A stretch of 63,932 nt of DNA, counting the filler, from Choristocarpus tenellus KU-1152 (taxonomy: Eukaryota > Protista > Phaeophyceae): NCBI GenBank assembly GCA_964200185.2. It is 12 parts of 12 records of this genome, joined end to end, with 100 filler letters (N's around TTAATTAATTAA, not from the genome) between each part and the next. Parts side by side here need not be neighbours in the genome. Positions count along the whole stretch, not along the records: positions 1 to 6,029 come from CAXNAD020009127.1; positions 6,130 to 13,221 come from CAXNAD020006716.1; 10 more parts are not named here. One strand, 5' to 3'. Made by a program: the position numbers and the translations under genes. Every line of letters starts with the position of its first letter. The first letter of the stretch is position 1. Below the pieces are notes generated by a model. The model was not told where the DNA came from. It saw nothing but the letters and a program-made list of their open reading frames with translations, and made no database searches. Positions 1 through 12,090 of this stretch are shown piece after piece.

Positions 1-273
1 TTTTTGTTTCATTCATTTTTTTTAAATTTTTCAGGGACGGCAGAGATTTTCTATGTTCTACACCTAGTAGAGAGGGGAAGGGGGGGGGGCGAATTGTGTT
101 GACTTGTCGTTTATTGGAGTTCTTAGTTATAGTAAGGACAGTAACACTTTTCCTGAGGGATTAAATCTCACTGTGGTGTCCCCTCCTTGTGTCTAAACAC
201 TCCTTCCTTCCTCAACTTGCCTCCTTCCCCCCCCCCCTACCCTTCAATCACCTCTCCCTCCTCCCTTGATCAG

Positions 274-1974
274 GTGGGGGTTGTAGTAGGGGGCATAGCG
301 GAGATGTTCTTGGTCTCCCGCAAGGAGGAACGTATCTACCTGAGGAATAGAAAGAGCTTCGTTCGATTGGCAGTTGAGGTATGTGGCAAGGGATAAAGAA
401 CGGGTTAATTTTGTCAACGGCAGCAAAAACGCCTTGTCCCTTTTTCACACGCAGTTCCCACCCATCCTATCACATGTCTCAACCATAATGAAAGCCCCAA
501 CCCCAAATTTAAAAAAAATCTTCGACAACGACGATACCTTTACCCACGTCCAAGCACGCACACATCTCTTACAGTGGCAACTGTTATTCAGGATCTGGGC
601 TATGTTCCTCTGCCCTTCCGATTTCCCCCTTCCCCCTTTTGCTCTGTACGTTCTGAATTGCCGCCAAGCTCTTGCGTGCATGCCTCTGCCAGGTTGTTTT
701 CCAACCAGAGCTCCCCGCCTCCTCGCCGTTCCTCTCCTTCTCCACAGATGAACTGAGCCCCCCACTGCACCAACGAACTGTCTCCCAATTCGGTGCGCTT
801 TATTTCAGGTTGGGGCAGATATCGTCCCAGTGTACTTCTTTGGTAACTCTCTCTTGTTTGACCGTGTTGGAGGGGAAACAAACACATGGCTCAGCAACTT
901 GTCCCGGAAGGTTATATATATATATATATATATATGTAGAGAGAGATGAGGGTTACGGGAAGGGCTTGGGACCAGGTTCAGGGCCGTGGTAAGGGTTAGG
1001 GCTAGCGTACTTTTCTCGTCAAGGTTAGAATTTCGTTTGGCAGAAAGTAACGTGAGGGCAACACCTTTGTTTGAGTGCTGTGGTGCAGAGGATACGAGGG
1101 TGCAGTACGGCATGTAAAGGTCGTTCAAGAAAAGTATCAAAGAGCAGAGCAGCTGTGTTCCCAGGGAAGAAATAGGTCTTTATCGTGGCAGAAGATTTAG
1201 GTGATGTACACAGACTGTGGTCCTGCAACCGCAAAACTACTTTCTGTGAGGGATGTACTTCTTTTCGACTGGGCTTCCTTTTTTTTTGTTTTTGCAGTAT
1301 AGTTCAGTCGTGATGGGCCAAATCCGTACATCGTGTGGAGTAGAGGTAGATGCTCAATTCAGGGTGCTCTATTTAGTGGAATACTTCATTCGTCCCTCTC
1401 CCACCCCCTCTTGCTCATTGTACACACTTCTATTTTTGAAACCAGGCAAAGTCGTCGTTCCTGCTCTTTCGTGGCCGGTTCTTCACCACTGTGCCGCACC
1501 AGCAGCAGCTGAAGATGGTTGCTGGCAGGTATCTGTGGGCATGACCTGAATAATCATTTTTTACCCCCAAGGCAGTGGAGCGGAAGGCCTCTTGTGTCTT
1601 CCCAAGGAGTCTTTCACATCCAAGGGATGGGGGGTCCCAAGTTCCTTCTCCTAATTTAGACAATCCTTAGTAAACAAGAAAGTTGTAGTTTCTACGGCTC
1701 TGGGTACTACACCGAAGTATCAAGTGCTCGTAAATGGTTGGTATTTGAACGTAGTTCTACAAGTCCACAACATACTGCAATGTATGTACGTAGCCCCTGT
1801 TTGTATGTATGGTACACAAATGGTTATATACACACATCACGGTTGCCAATCTGCATCCAAATGGAATGCTCTTACGCATGGGCATCTCATTAAGTGGCCT
1901 TCATCCCATTCCGCCCACAACACGTCTAAGAGAGGTGGGGGACAAACAATCCAGTACACAAGAAAGTGTTACAG

Positions 1975-2030
<56 letters not shown>

Positions 2031-2408
2031 CGTACCCGTTACTTCACCTTCCTTCCCCTGCTCCTTACATTACCAGCTTCAACCCCCCTTCAACCACAAT
2101 CTACCTCAAGTAGTGCACAACCCACGTAGTCATCCAACACAATTCCCCCCCCCTTCATCCATCTGTCTCAACCTGTTCTAACAATGAACATCTCCGTTGG
2201 TGGCATGACGCAGCTCACTGACATTGTGTTCACCCTTTCCATGCATCCAATGCGCACACCCCTGTACAGGCCCATCCGTGTGGTCCAGTCAGATAACCCA
2301 CAGGAGGAGTATGTCAATAGTCTACATGAAGAACTCATCTCGCGGGTCGAGGGGATATACCAGAAGCACCGACCCAAGTGGGAAACACGCCATTTGGTCA
2401 TCTCCTGA
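274..2408 (+). CDS. DGAT2: Diacylglycerol/monoacylglycerol acyltransferase (DGAT2/DAGAT family), 3' part; exons 274-378, 809-910, 1446-1528, 2270-2408 (5' exons outside window)
   Basis: Four AG/GT-bounded exons join in consistent phase (0,0,2) to give VGVVVGGIAEMFLVSRKEERIYLRNRKSFVRLAVE-VGADIVPVYFFGNSLLFDRVGGETNTWLSNLSRK-AKSSFLLFRGRFFTTVPHQQQLKMVAGR-PIRVVQSDNPQEEYVNSLHEELISRVEGIYQKHRPKWETRHLVIS*. This contains the DGAT2 GGxxE, RxGF(V)-like, VPxYxFG and GxPI blocks in the right order. Confidence 0.92.
1977..2027. repeat. (CA)n microsatellite in the last DGAT2 intron
   Basis: About 25 consecutive AC units. Confidence 0.95.
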
Positions 2409-4466
2409 GGGTGCCCTGGCAGGGTTTGGTTTACACTGCACAGCAGGGGTTGCTTCCAAAGAAAGGGCTGAGCAAGGTTGGTCATGCAACCATCAACTCT
2501 ACAAAAGTAGACAGTGCTCCTAAGGTCTGTGAGTGCTGACACGAGAATGGAAGCAATGGATTTTTATGTTTCATGAGAACCAACTAGTGGAGAAAAAGTA
2601 CCGAAACTCTGGAAGATGGTATACGACATGGCTGAGGACTAAAAGGACAACATGTGGGTCCCACCCATATCGTGAGCAGGTGTCGCAACTTGAATCCCAT
2701 CTTTTTGCTGCGTAGGTTTATGTTATAGTGGGAAGACATTAGTTTGTCGTTGTTGAGGGTTACCACATGACACTAAGGCTCTTTTGTTAAACGATTGGTT
2801 TTTGTGTATCTTCTCATGAGAGGTTAAAAATACAATACCTCTCTTACTTGAGTGGAGTTTACAGTATCACTATCAACTGTATTTCATACATTGGGAAGTG
2901 TCTGCAAGAAAGTATGCACATCCCATGCCCAAGACGTTTGTACATACAACTATTTCAGAATGTTTGTGTTGCTTTCATGTTGTGTCTGTTGCGTTTTTGT
3001 TGGTCACACAATTGTGCAGGTCTTGTGTGTCAGTGGTTTGTGTTCTTCCTGTGGATGGTTGTTGAGCCTCATCCTTGTTCATATACTACGAAGGGTGTGT
3101 GCTTACATACACATACATACACTACATGATAAGTGTACGATAGCTTGATATTTTTTTGCTGTAGGTGACTGCGAGAGCGAGCGTCCTCGCGTGCACTGTG
3201 CACCATCCTAGAACATGTTAAAACCTTGGATTGTTGATTCTAGTGAAGTGCTCTGTGCAGAGGCTTGGAGATTTGTATTGACCAGTGCACTGAAGCACTG
3301 ATGGAATTTAATGTGACAAGGCCGGTGGTGTGTTATGTGAACAGGTTTGTTGAGTACTGTACAGCACTATTCAGTGCTGTAGTCAAGGATAGTGATGCAT
3401 GCTCTGTGTAGTGTTACCTTGTAAAGGAAGATGTAGATGCATGAACTCTGAGTATCATCTCATCCAGTTGTGCATTGATGTACACTTGTTGCAGAGTGAT
3501 GCTGAGGGTTCACAAGGTGCGCTACACCATAATAGTGTGGAACAAGATACCAGGTTATCTTGTCCTGTAATAACGAAAAAAAGTCAAGTACAGTTCCAAG
3601 TCAACACAACTAGGTCATAAGGATACATGGATGAATTCGTATGCTAGATTATACTAATCCAAAGGGTTACGGCTACAAACAAGTACTTTCTTAATTCATG
3701 CCAAATAGTCACCTACTTAGATCATCATAGAGGATTAGTGATGATTGCACATTCATACAGAAATCAACTGTTCTACCTGGTAACCAGTGATCGCATAATG
3801 TCCTCACAAAGTACTTACCTTTACTTTGCATATAATACATAGAGCTAACTAGTAGTTGAAGCAATAGCAGAATATATGGTGGATGAATGTCGATCTGTAA
3901 GTGTTTTGAAGTAACAAGTTACTAACAGTAAGAGGAAGAACAACAAAGACTACAGTAACACATGCCGAAAAAGTAGTGCTACTTTGAGCCTTGACTCCTA
4001 GGAGTCGTACACAGTGCAATGCACATCTTTCCACCTACACAATGAGAACAAGGGGAATCATAATCGGTTCTACATGTAGTGATCTAGACCAAATTTCAAC
4101 TATACCTACATACACTGCACAATCTCTACCTTCCGGAACCATCGCCACTCCTTTCCTCAAAGGTATACCAATGTTGAACCTAGGATTAAGTGCAAGACAC
4201 ATATATCACCTTCTCTTTGGCTCTGTGAATTCTTTCTGGTGCATTAGTGGGCAGTGACATGTTACAAATATGAACTTTTGATAGAATACATAGATGTGAT
4301 GAAAAATAGTTTTGATGCTTGTATTATATATTAGCAAAAAGACTATGGTCAATTACTTACATCAACCTCTATACAACGTCCTGCACAGATTCAACACCAG
4401 CTCTAAAATCGCGAATCAGCTTAACACTCGGGATAAAAAAAAATGTACTAAATATGAAATCAAAAC

Positions 4467-5453
4467 TTAGTTGAAAGAGTATGATGCCCCCACAAGGTCA
4501 TTGATGATGTAGGGCTGGTTTGACAATTCCTCGTGGACCATCATTGCTAGGATACCCATCTGAGCTGCACGCCCGTTGTTGAGCTCAATTGCGCGCTTGG
4601 ACGCCTGGGTCTCCTCCGACATAGCATCCCACGAAGATGCGAAAGGGTTCCCGCCGATGGTGAAGTCACCAGGGAACGAGCCCTCGACATTCTTCATCAC
4701 CGCCAGCTCAAGGAAACCGATGAACGCCACGATCTGGGCAAGGCCAAGAGGAGGGATCTTGGAGAGGGCGGCCACACCGTTGGGCATATCTGCGAAAGAC
4801 AGGTTGGCGGAGTTGGAGAGCATGCCGGGCAGGCGCGTGTTCTGCGCGACCAGGTGGCCGGCCACAGCGAGCATAGAGATACGCCCGTGCTTGATCTCCA
4901 CATACCGAAGGCGCTCAAACCGCTCCTGGTCCGCATCAGCCAGCAGGCCAAGAGGGTCGAAGAACCCAAGAGGGGGCTGTGCGCCGATCTCAGACTCGAA
5001 CGACATCTTCATGGCGGTCGAAGGCTTGGAGGCGGTGGCTAGGGAAGCACCGTTAAAGGCGCTGCGTAGTATAGGGTCACGAGACAAGAGAGGCATGGGG
5101 GCACAGTACAGTCAGCTAAATGCACAATTATTTGACCTTCACCACAACAATTCAAACTCTTGAGCAGGTTGAACGAGTTCTCGACCCACATCCATGTTTT
5201 GCTACCAAATACATGGAACATGAGGATCAGAAGAAGGAATGGGTAAGGTACTACTTCACCCCCGGAAAACTGGACGTGCAAAACAGCAGCAGACTAGAAG
5301 ATCAGAACGCTGTCGAGAAGCACCTCTGTCAGTAGACATCATGAAGCTCAAAACAAGTCTTACTGTGGCTATACTCGAGCATGTAGCATACCTGGGGGCA
5401 ACGAAGGCCTGGGCGCCAGCGGCGCAAGCAACAGCCATGACAGCAGACTTCAT
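4467..5453 (-). CDS. LHCF: Fucoxanthin-chlorophyll a/c binding light-harvesting protein (LHCF/FCP), complete, 218 aa; exons 5453-5392 and 5061-4467
   Basis: Exon 1 MKSAVMAVACAAGAQAFVAP (signal peptide with ASAFAP-type AQA-FVAP cleavage motif), then a phase-2 GT-AG intron, then SAFNG...IGAQPPLGFFDPLGL...RLRYVEIKHGRISMLA...KRAIELNNGRAAQMG with both LHC chlorophyll-binding helices. Typical brown-algal FCP sequence. Confidence 0.98.
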
Positions 5454-5929
5454 TGTTATGTTAGAGTGGATTAAAATGAGAAGAGACTTGTCGTTGCTGG
5501 TGAATGAGGGGTGAGTTTGTCCAAAGATGTTGAGCAAACACAAAATTCATGTTTCTTCATTTTTTTTTCGGGTTGACCTACGATCTTTCCGTTTTAAGAT
5601 ACTAACATACATACTAACATACTAACATACTAACATAGATTACTTTGGCGTTTTTGATGTACGATCTTTGTTCAATCTTGAAACGACTTACGTACATAAC
5701 TTGTTCAAGACATATATTCTTAGCATTGAATGTAATGTAAAGTAGAGATGAGAGTATGATCCTTCAAAGATCTGATGACATCATGTATGACGTCACGGCA
5801 GGTGGTACATATCCCAAAACCAAAAACAATAAAACATTTCTGCCTTTGTCCTTCCCCTCCCTTTCCCCAATACTGTTCACTACATCAATCATATCACACT
5901 CTAATTAAACCTACTACATACTACCAACA
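5454..5929. promoter_or_regulatory. Putative bidirectional promoter between two head-to-head LHCF genes; TGACATCA (5776-5783) and palindromic TGACGTCA (5788-5795)
   Basis: 476 bp separate the two divergent ATGs. Contains tandem CRE-like/TGACGT motifs and an ATACTAAC short repeat at about 5599-5635. Function is inferred. Confidence 0.6.
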
Positions 5930-6029
5930 ATGAAGTCTGCTGTCATGGCTGTTGCTTGCGCCGCTGGCGCCCAGGCCTTCGTTGCCCCCAGGTATGCTAC
6001 ATGCTCGAGTATAGCCACAGTAAGACTTG
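5930..6029 (+). CDS. LHCF: Second LHCF copy: exon 1 (5930-5991) and start of intron, truncated by the contig end
   Basis: ATGAAGTCTGCTGTCATGGCT...GCCCCCAG|GTATGCTACATGCTCGAG... is the exact reverse complement of about 5354-5457, including intron bases. Confidence 0.9.
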
Positions 6030-6129
6030 NNNNNNNNNNNNNNNNNNNNNNNNNNNNNNNNNNNNNNNNNNNNTTAATTAATTAANNNNNNNNNNNNNNN
6101 NNNNNNNNNNNNNNNNNNNNNNNNNNNNN
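6030..6129. other. Artificial contig spacer N44-TTAATTAATTAA-N44 (also at 13222-13321, 19100-19199, 24806-24905, 29729-29828, 36222-36321, 41057-41156, 47106-47205, 53935-54034, 56622-56721, 59356-59455)
   Basis: Eleven identical 100-bp blocks. The core places stop codons in all six frames, as in standard contig-concatenation linkers. Confidence 0.98.
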
Positions 6130-7442
6130 CCCCCCCCCATGATGTATGTACCCCCCCCTCCATATCACAGAGGTTCACAAACATGTATGCATGGACTCAT
6201 TGAGCATAGGCCATATATAATCTTTCCACATCCCTTACAGATTTGCAACCCACCCTCCAAATGTCAAACAACCAAATGTCCAAATGGGTTGAGTAGGTGA
6301 TGATAACAAACAACCGAGCTTCACTACTCCATTGCCTCCACCTCAACCCCTTGGGAAGGCACAAAGTGTCACTGCTTTTTTACAGTCAGACCGATTATTT
6401 GGCAACCAACTAGGAATGACAGGGGCAGCTTTGCCGGCCATCCCTCTCTCTGCCTTGTACTTGGGAAATTTTCATGAACACAACCCCTATCCACCACAGA
6501 GTCGAGAGTACATCCCTGGTCTGTTAAAAATAAAATTAAAATTAATATTAAAATTAAAATTACGAACAGCACTCACTACACTCCAACAAGTATGCTTAAA
6601 GAACGTTACACCTCATTTCAGATTTTGCACAATTTAACCATTGTACTACTCCCAGTTATAGTGATCACTTCAAGGAAACCTGACAAGCTTTGAGAAAATG
6701 TGTACAAGTAGTGGGCTTTAAAATTACCCATGTGTAGATAGATACCTGGAGTACGACCCTGCAGACCACATCTTTACAACCAGTGCATCATCATCACCCT
6801 TTCTAGTACTGTTGTTGCCTATGATGGGGGTGAGGGCACCACTTGAGTCCGTGTGCATACTTCTGGCACCATTCTGTGGTTTCATGGTTATCTGTTTTGT
6901 CTCTTGAACACAGCGAAAAATCTGAGAAATGTTCCATGATAAGGTACAGTGATAAGGTACAGTAAAAAAAAGGACAAGAGGCTTTTATAATGACAGCCAA
7001 ACTCTCTGCACCAAAACCTTCCAGACAAAAAAAATAATGTGTTCGAGAAAGTTTCAAAAAGTATTATTTTTTGCAATGCAATGTAACCGCAGCCAACACT
7101 AGTGACATGTCGCTACAAGAAAGAATAGAAGATGGACATTTTGTGGGAATAGCCACACCCCCTTAAGATAAGTAAAGACATCCAGCTTATTAAACCATAG
7201 ATAACATCCAAGGTGGCATTTAGCATATATTCTACAATCTTCACCATAACCACTGAGAGCATTTTACACATAGAAAAGCCCTCACCACAGACAACTCTCT
7301 CTCTACACATGGGGAATAGCACACAAATTGAAATGTATTTTATTAACCATAGATACTACCACCAGTAGAGTAAATATTTACGAAACACTCACTATTTTGA
7401 ATTTTGAACTAGATGAAAATAAAATTTTAAAAAAGCACACGA

Positions 7443-7556
7443 GTATGACATACAAGAAACCACTAACACTCATTGGCCATCACGTCAAAATAGGTATGAC
7501 TTACAAGAAACCACTAACACTCATTGGCCATCACGTCAAAATAGGTATGACTTACA
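7443..7556. repeat. 51-bp tandem repeat, about 2.2 copies
   Basis: GTATGAC(A/T)TACAAGAAACCACTAACACTCATTGGCCATCACGTCAAAATAG occurs twice, plus a partial copy. Confidence 0.9.
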
Positions 7557-8930
7557 TTACATGTCACCACCAGAATCCACTCGACTCCAGTGGGACCCTG
7601 ATCCCATCCCACCGACCTACGAAGCTTCACCTGTAGTAGCATATAATATAATGTGATGTGATGTGATGTAGTGTGATGTGATTTGTCACAGTAGAAGGAA
7701 AAAAATCTCTCATAACTCCTGCTTGGGTGTGTATCAAAATTTGAAATAACCCATGGTGTGGGATACTAGTAACACCATTAATGTATAGGTATGGTCCAGG
7801 CAACACAAACATTCAAATGAATCACCCCCCCATGTTTTGAAATACTGTAATAGATTGGTGATGATGCCAACAATGTCACACATAACCAAACTGAATGATG
7901 AGTAGAGATCACAGATCCATACAAAAAGTATACTCAGTTCATTAAAAATTAAATCAGCATAATCTGTTGACCAATGTTAGGATTACCCAATGTTAGGAAT
8001 AAGCTGTTCAACAATTTAGAAAAGAACTTTGAGGTCACATTGTCATCATTGTCATCAGGCCGAAAAGGCTCAAAAATCCAAACTTAAAAAAAAAGTCAAT
8101 CTTGCGTTGCTGTCAGAGAATAACACCAAGACTGGCCACTGTAGAGGTCACCGGAAAGTCCTTTTACTAGGATTTCAAAAATGACAAACTAGAACGTGGA
8201 CCTCCTACTTGAGACTGGTTTTGGAAAGATTAAACACCAAGTCCAATTTGTCAATTTTTCTCTATTTCCTGGGAGACTTCTTGCTCTCAAGGAAATGAGG
8301 TCTAGAGCTTTCTCTCAGAACAACACCTTCAAGATGCTCTAGGCCACTCTGTAGTGGCCTGCACAAACATTTAGCACTCTGAAGCTTTCGGGTGGACTGT
8401 TGTGTGCAGCTTGATCTTCAACTTCTTGTAACTGTGGTCCATACCATACTTACAACACACACATACATATATACAATGTCTTACATCACATATCGATACA
8501 TCCTTGGAGAAGGTCACTACTGCTATCTTCCAATATTACTATAGTGACCAGCATATCATCCAACATCTCTGGTCGATTCCAATGTGTGCAACATAGTTGA
8601 AGTCAGCATTACATTTTTTGGGACAATTTAAGGTACAAGGCAGGACATTGATGTCTCATTTTCTCACACTGCACCAAAAAAGTTCAAGACCAAACTTGGA
8701 ACTCTCTCATCAAGGGCATCAACACGGTTCTTGATCCATTTTCCAACTCCCCCTCAAAACTTTACAGCCTACTACCATGCACTCAGTTTTGAATTATCAT
8801 GTAGCCTAGATCACACTATCTACTACAATACTTTGGAACAGAGATTTGAAGCCAATATCTCAGTTGAATATTTCAGCTGACTATGAAAGGAGGGCGGGCA
8901 TTATCTAAAGTCCCCTCTCTATTTCCTGTC

Positions 8931-8988
8931 AATTACGGTACTAATTACGGTACTAATTACGGTACTAATTACGGTACTAATTACGTAC
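8931..8988. repeat. 12-bp minisatellite (AATTACGGTACT) x about 5
   Basis: Directly visible tandem units. Confidence 0.9.
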
Positions 8989-9559
8989 TTGTCACCTTTG
9001 AACGTGAAATACAGTCAAATAGTATCACAGCATTCACAATACTTTAACAACAAATTTCACAAGTATTTGTCTGGGGAAGCTTGCAGCATCCAAGATCAGA
9101 TTTCTCCTCGACAGGAACTTTATATCACATCCTTGCCTGTGACAGGTGATGCACAAGCCTCTGCTGGCTCCCTGAGTACTTCTCTCCATGTAGCAACATA
9201 GCAAGCATGCTGGCCTCAGCTGGGAAAGAAAGGAGACCACGGACTACAGCTTCCCTCACCTGAAAAAGGCATTGAAATGAACCAATCAAACAAGTGCAGC
9301 ACAAAATTAATGGAACAGTTGTTTTATAATTTCAAAATAATTTCAAAATAAACACGATTACTACCACAAAAGAGTCAAGCATTAATAAACCACCACCTTG
9401 AAGTGAACAATCATGATGAAGATGTAATTATAGCAACTTAGCACTGTATCTATGATAAGTAACTCACAGAATGACAAAGAATAACAAGACAACACATCAG
9501 CGCAGGACTCCACAGGACAACAGTTCCCAACCAGATGTTGATCAGATGCCAATCAGATG

Positions 9560-12090
9560 TTTTACCTTTCGGGGCCCAGTGTCTGCAGGGATGTAGTGCT
9601 GTGCCAAGACCAGCATTTCACAAAACGACCGGTGCATGCGCTCCAAGCAGACACACGCAAAGGACTCCTCAGGCACTACATTCCAGGTATACTTGTGGTT
9701 TCCTTTTCAAAAATTCCATGGAGACGTTAGGTAGAACAGCTCACAATTAACAAAAGAAACTTCAAACTGAAAGGGCAAGGCTTTCATTTTACAAGAAAGG
9801 TCCAGACTTGTTTGAAGGTACTCTGTGATCATCATTGCCATCCATTTCTCCTACAAACCACACAATACACAGCTAGCTCAAGTACTACATGGTAAGAGCT
9901 GTTCTCACAACATACCAGCAAATATCCCTGCGCCTGGGAGACTTTCCCTTGATCTTGACACACCCTGAGTGCTTGAATCACCATGTGGCCAAAAGGCTTT
10001 GTTTGCCAAGACCAGGGCTTTCATCATGGCGTCCTCTGCATGTCTTGGCCCTCGAGTGAGTAACTCCAACCATGCCCAAGCTGCAGCGTAATACATGAGA
10101 GGAGGCGTTGCATCCAAGGCCCCCATAAGATCTTGAAGTTTCTCCCCTTCAGTCCCTGGGTATGTGCAATATTGATCATCAACTGACTGACTGACTGACT
10201 GCTAGCATTATTTTTGTTGCTTTTGGGGTACTCCAAGAAAGATAAGAATGATGGATGTACCATTACACACACTCAGAAAATCTATTTTGAAGAGGTATAG
10301 GTAGGGATGGCACTAGGTAGTGATGTCCCTGAATTCTATGAGAAGTAGCGCTTCAAGTGTTGTCTCTCACCAGTAGTGGGGACAGATAGTCTCTGACCAT
10401 AACAAAGAAGGCAAGGTGTTACTCTACAGCATATAATCGTTGACCAAAATATTCCATGGACTCACTCTGTCAAGCAGCTAACTTACATCTTACACCTTAT
10501 CTTACATCAGAGCTAAACTCGTACCCTCTAAGATACTTTCACTCATCATAAGGCTGTTACTGTGATAGTAACTACACTAGTCTATTAATAAAAGTGTTTC
10601 TTATAGTACTCCTTATCTTCATAACAAAATCTTACCATGGGTATCTGATATCAAAGGGGAAATACCTCCATTACTTCATCCCTGAGTGACCCTTGAGGTG
10701 TCAATGTGCTACAATGATGCCTCACCTGGGGTGCCTAAGTTCCTTTCCATGCGAATTCGCATTACATGAAGGTCCATGTGAAATGTGAGTGAAATTCTCA
10801 TAGCATATTATGAAACCCACTGTTGATAAGTACTTTCCTCTTACATGAAGGGGTTGTGATCATCTCCATTTCTAGGTTGTTTGCACTTTTTCGATGTCCA
10901 GAGGGTCATTCAACACTTCCAACATGGGTCAATCAACACCTCCAACATGGGTCAATCAACACCTCCAACATGGGTCAATCAACACCTCCAACATGGGTCA
11001 ATCAACACCTCCAACATTGGTCAATCAACACCTCCAACATGGGTCAATCAACACCTCCAACATGGGTCAATCAACACTTCCAACATGGGTCATTCAACAC
11101 CTACAACATGAAGTCACCTTGTTGCAGCACAGCAGCTTCTCTGGTGACATGTGAGGACAGTAGCCTCCGAGCTGCCATTGTTCGTGTTGGTGTGACCAGA
11201 GATGAAAGTGCTTGTGGTATGTTATCCCTAACACTGTCACCACCTTGTGAATCGTTATCCCTAACCTTGGACCGCTGGGACAAAAAAATCAATGTAAAAA
11301 AATAAAAATAATAATTACTGTGGAAAATTAAGGCATAACAAACAGGGTGGCAACAAAGTGCGGCTACCAGCAATGCCCATGCACCTCTTAACCTCATGAA
11401 CCACCTCTGGAGGCACTCTAGAGTAGTTGAAAATGTCACTTGTACAGACATTACAGCATGAGACTACAAGAGGTGACAACAAATTCAACAGTCCTCTGGC
11501 TTGGTACATTTACACCTGACTTACACCTGACTTAGTCCATTTCTACTAGTGAAAATAATAATATGATGTGTTGCATATACAGAAGAAGAAGAAGAAGAAG
11601 TGGTGCCAGACTAACAAAGACTCTGAAAGATTTCTCTTCCACACCACATATTACAAGATACAAAGTAGATTTAATAGTACACCTATTGCGAGCCTTCCAA
11701 CCATAGTGGCATCATCATATCACCATAGTAGCATAGTAGCACCACACAGCTATGCCCAAAGGTTGGTACAATGTACTTCTGCCTACCTCTGCCTACCTTG
11801 TTGGTCTTGGTCTTGACACGGTGAAAGCTTCCCTCTGCAAAACTACACAACACATGTAATGGCATCACACACCCCTCCACATCAGTACCATTAAAGAGGT
11901 CACCAAGGATGCGTCTACCACCATCACCAGCATCCGACCAGTATCTCATGTTAAGAGGTGTGAGTGGTAATTTAGCATGCAGACGGAAGGTGAGCCAAAA
12001 TAGCTCCGCAGACAAGGACTTCTTTTCCTCTGGCAGAGCCTGCTCGAGGTCATGGATCAACAAATCAATGTGGTCATGTTTCTTAACCAT
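9560..12090 (-). pseudogene. Probable decayed multi-exon gene of unknown function (helical, exon-like segments at about 12090-11797, 11275-11118, 10135-9915, 9690-9566)
   Basis: Protein-like segments end at GT donors (e.g. ...SFHRVKTKTNK|GTAGGC at 11797; ...LMYYAAAWAWLELL...; ...EAAVLQQ|GTGACT). Neighbouring exon-like pieces contain stops and cannot be joined cleanly. Confidence 0.35.
10903..11110. repeat. 23-bp minisatellite (GGGTCAATCAACACCTCCAACAT) x about 9
   Basis: Head-to-tail units with no spacers. It generates the three overlapping repetitive ORFs in the track. Confidence 0.95.

Noticed and set aside
1025-1234. Minus-strand ORF containing YFFPGNT, similar to the DGAT2 VPxYFFGN block
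   Set aside because: Wrong strand and inside an intron. The real block is in exon 809-910.
4576-5163. 195-aa plus-strand ORF
   Set aside because: Antisense shadow of the codon-biased LHCF exon 2.
10903-11110. CRISPR-like array
   Set aside because: 23-bp units are head-to-tail with no unique spacers, there are no cas genes, and the context is eukaryotic. It is a minisatellite.
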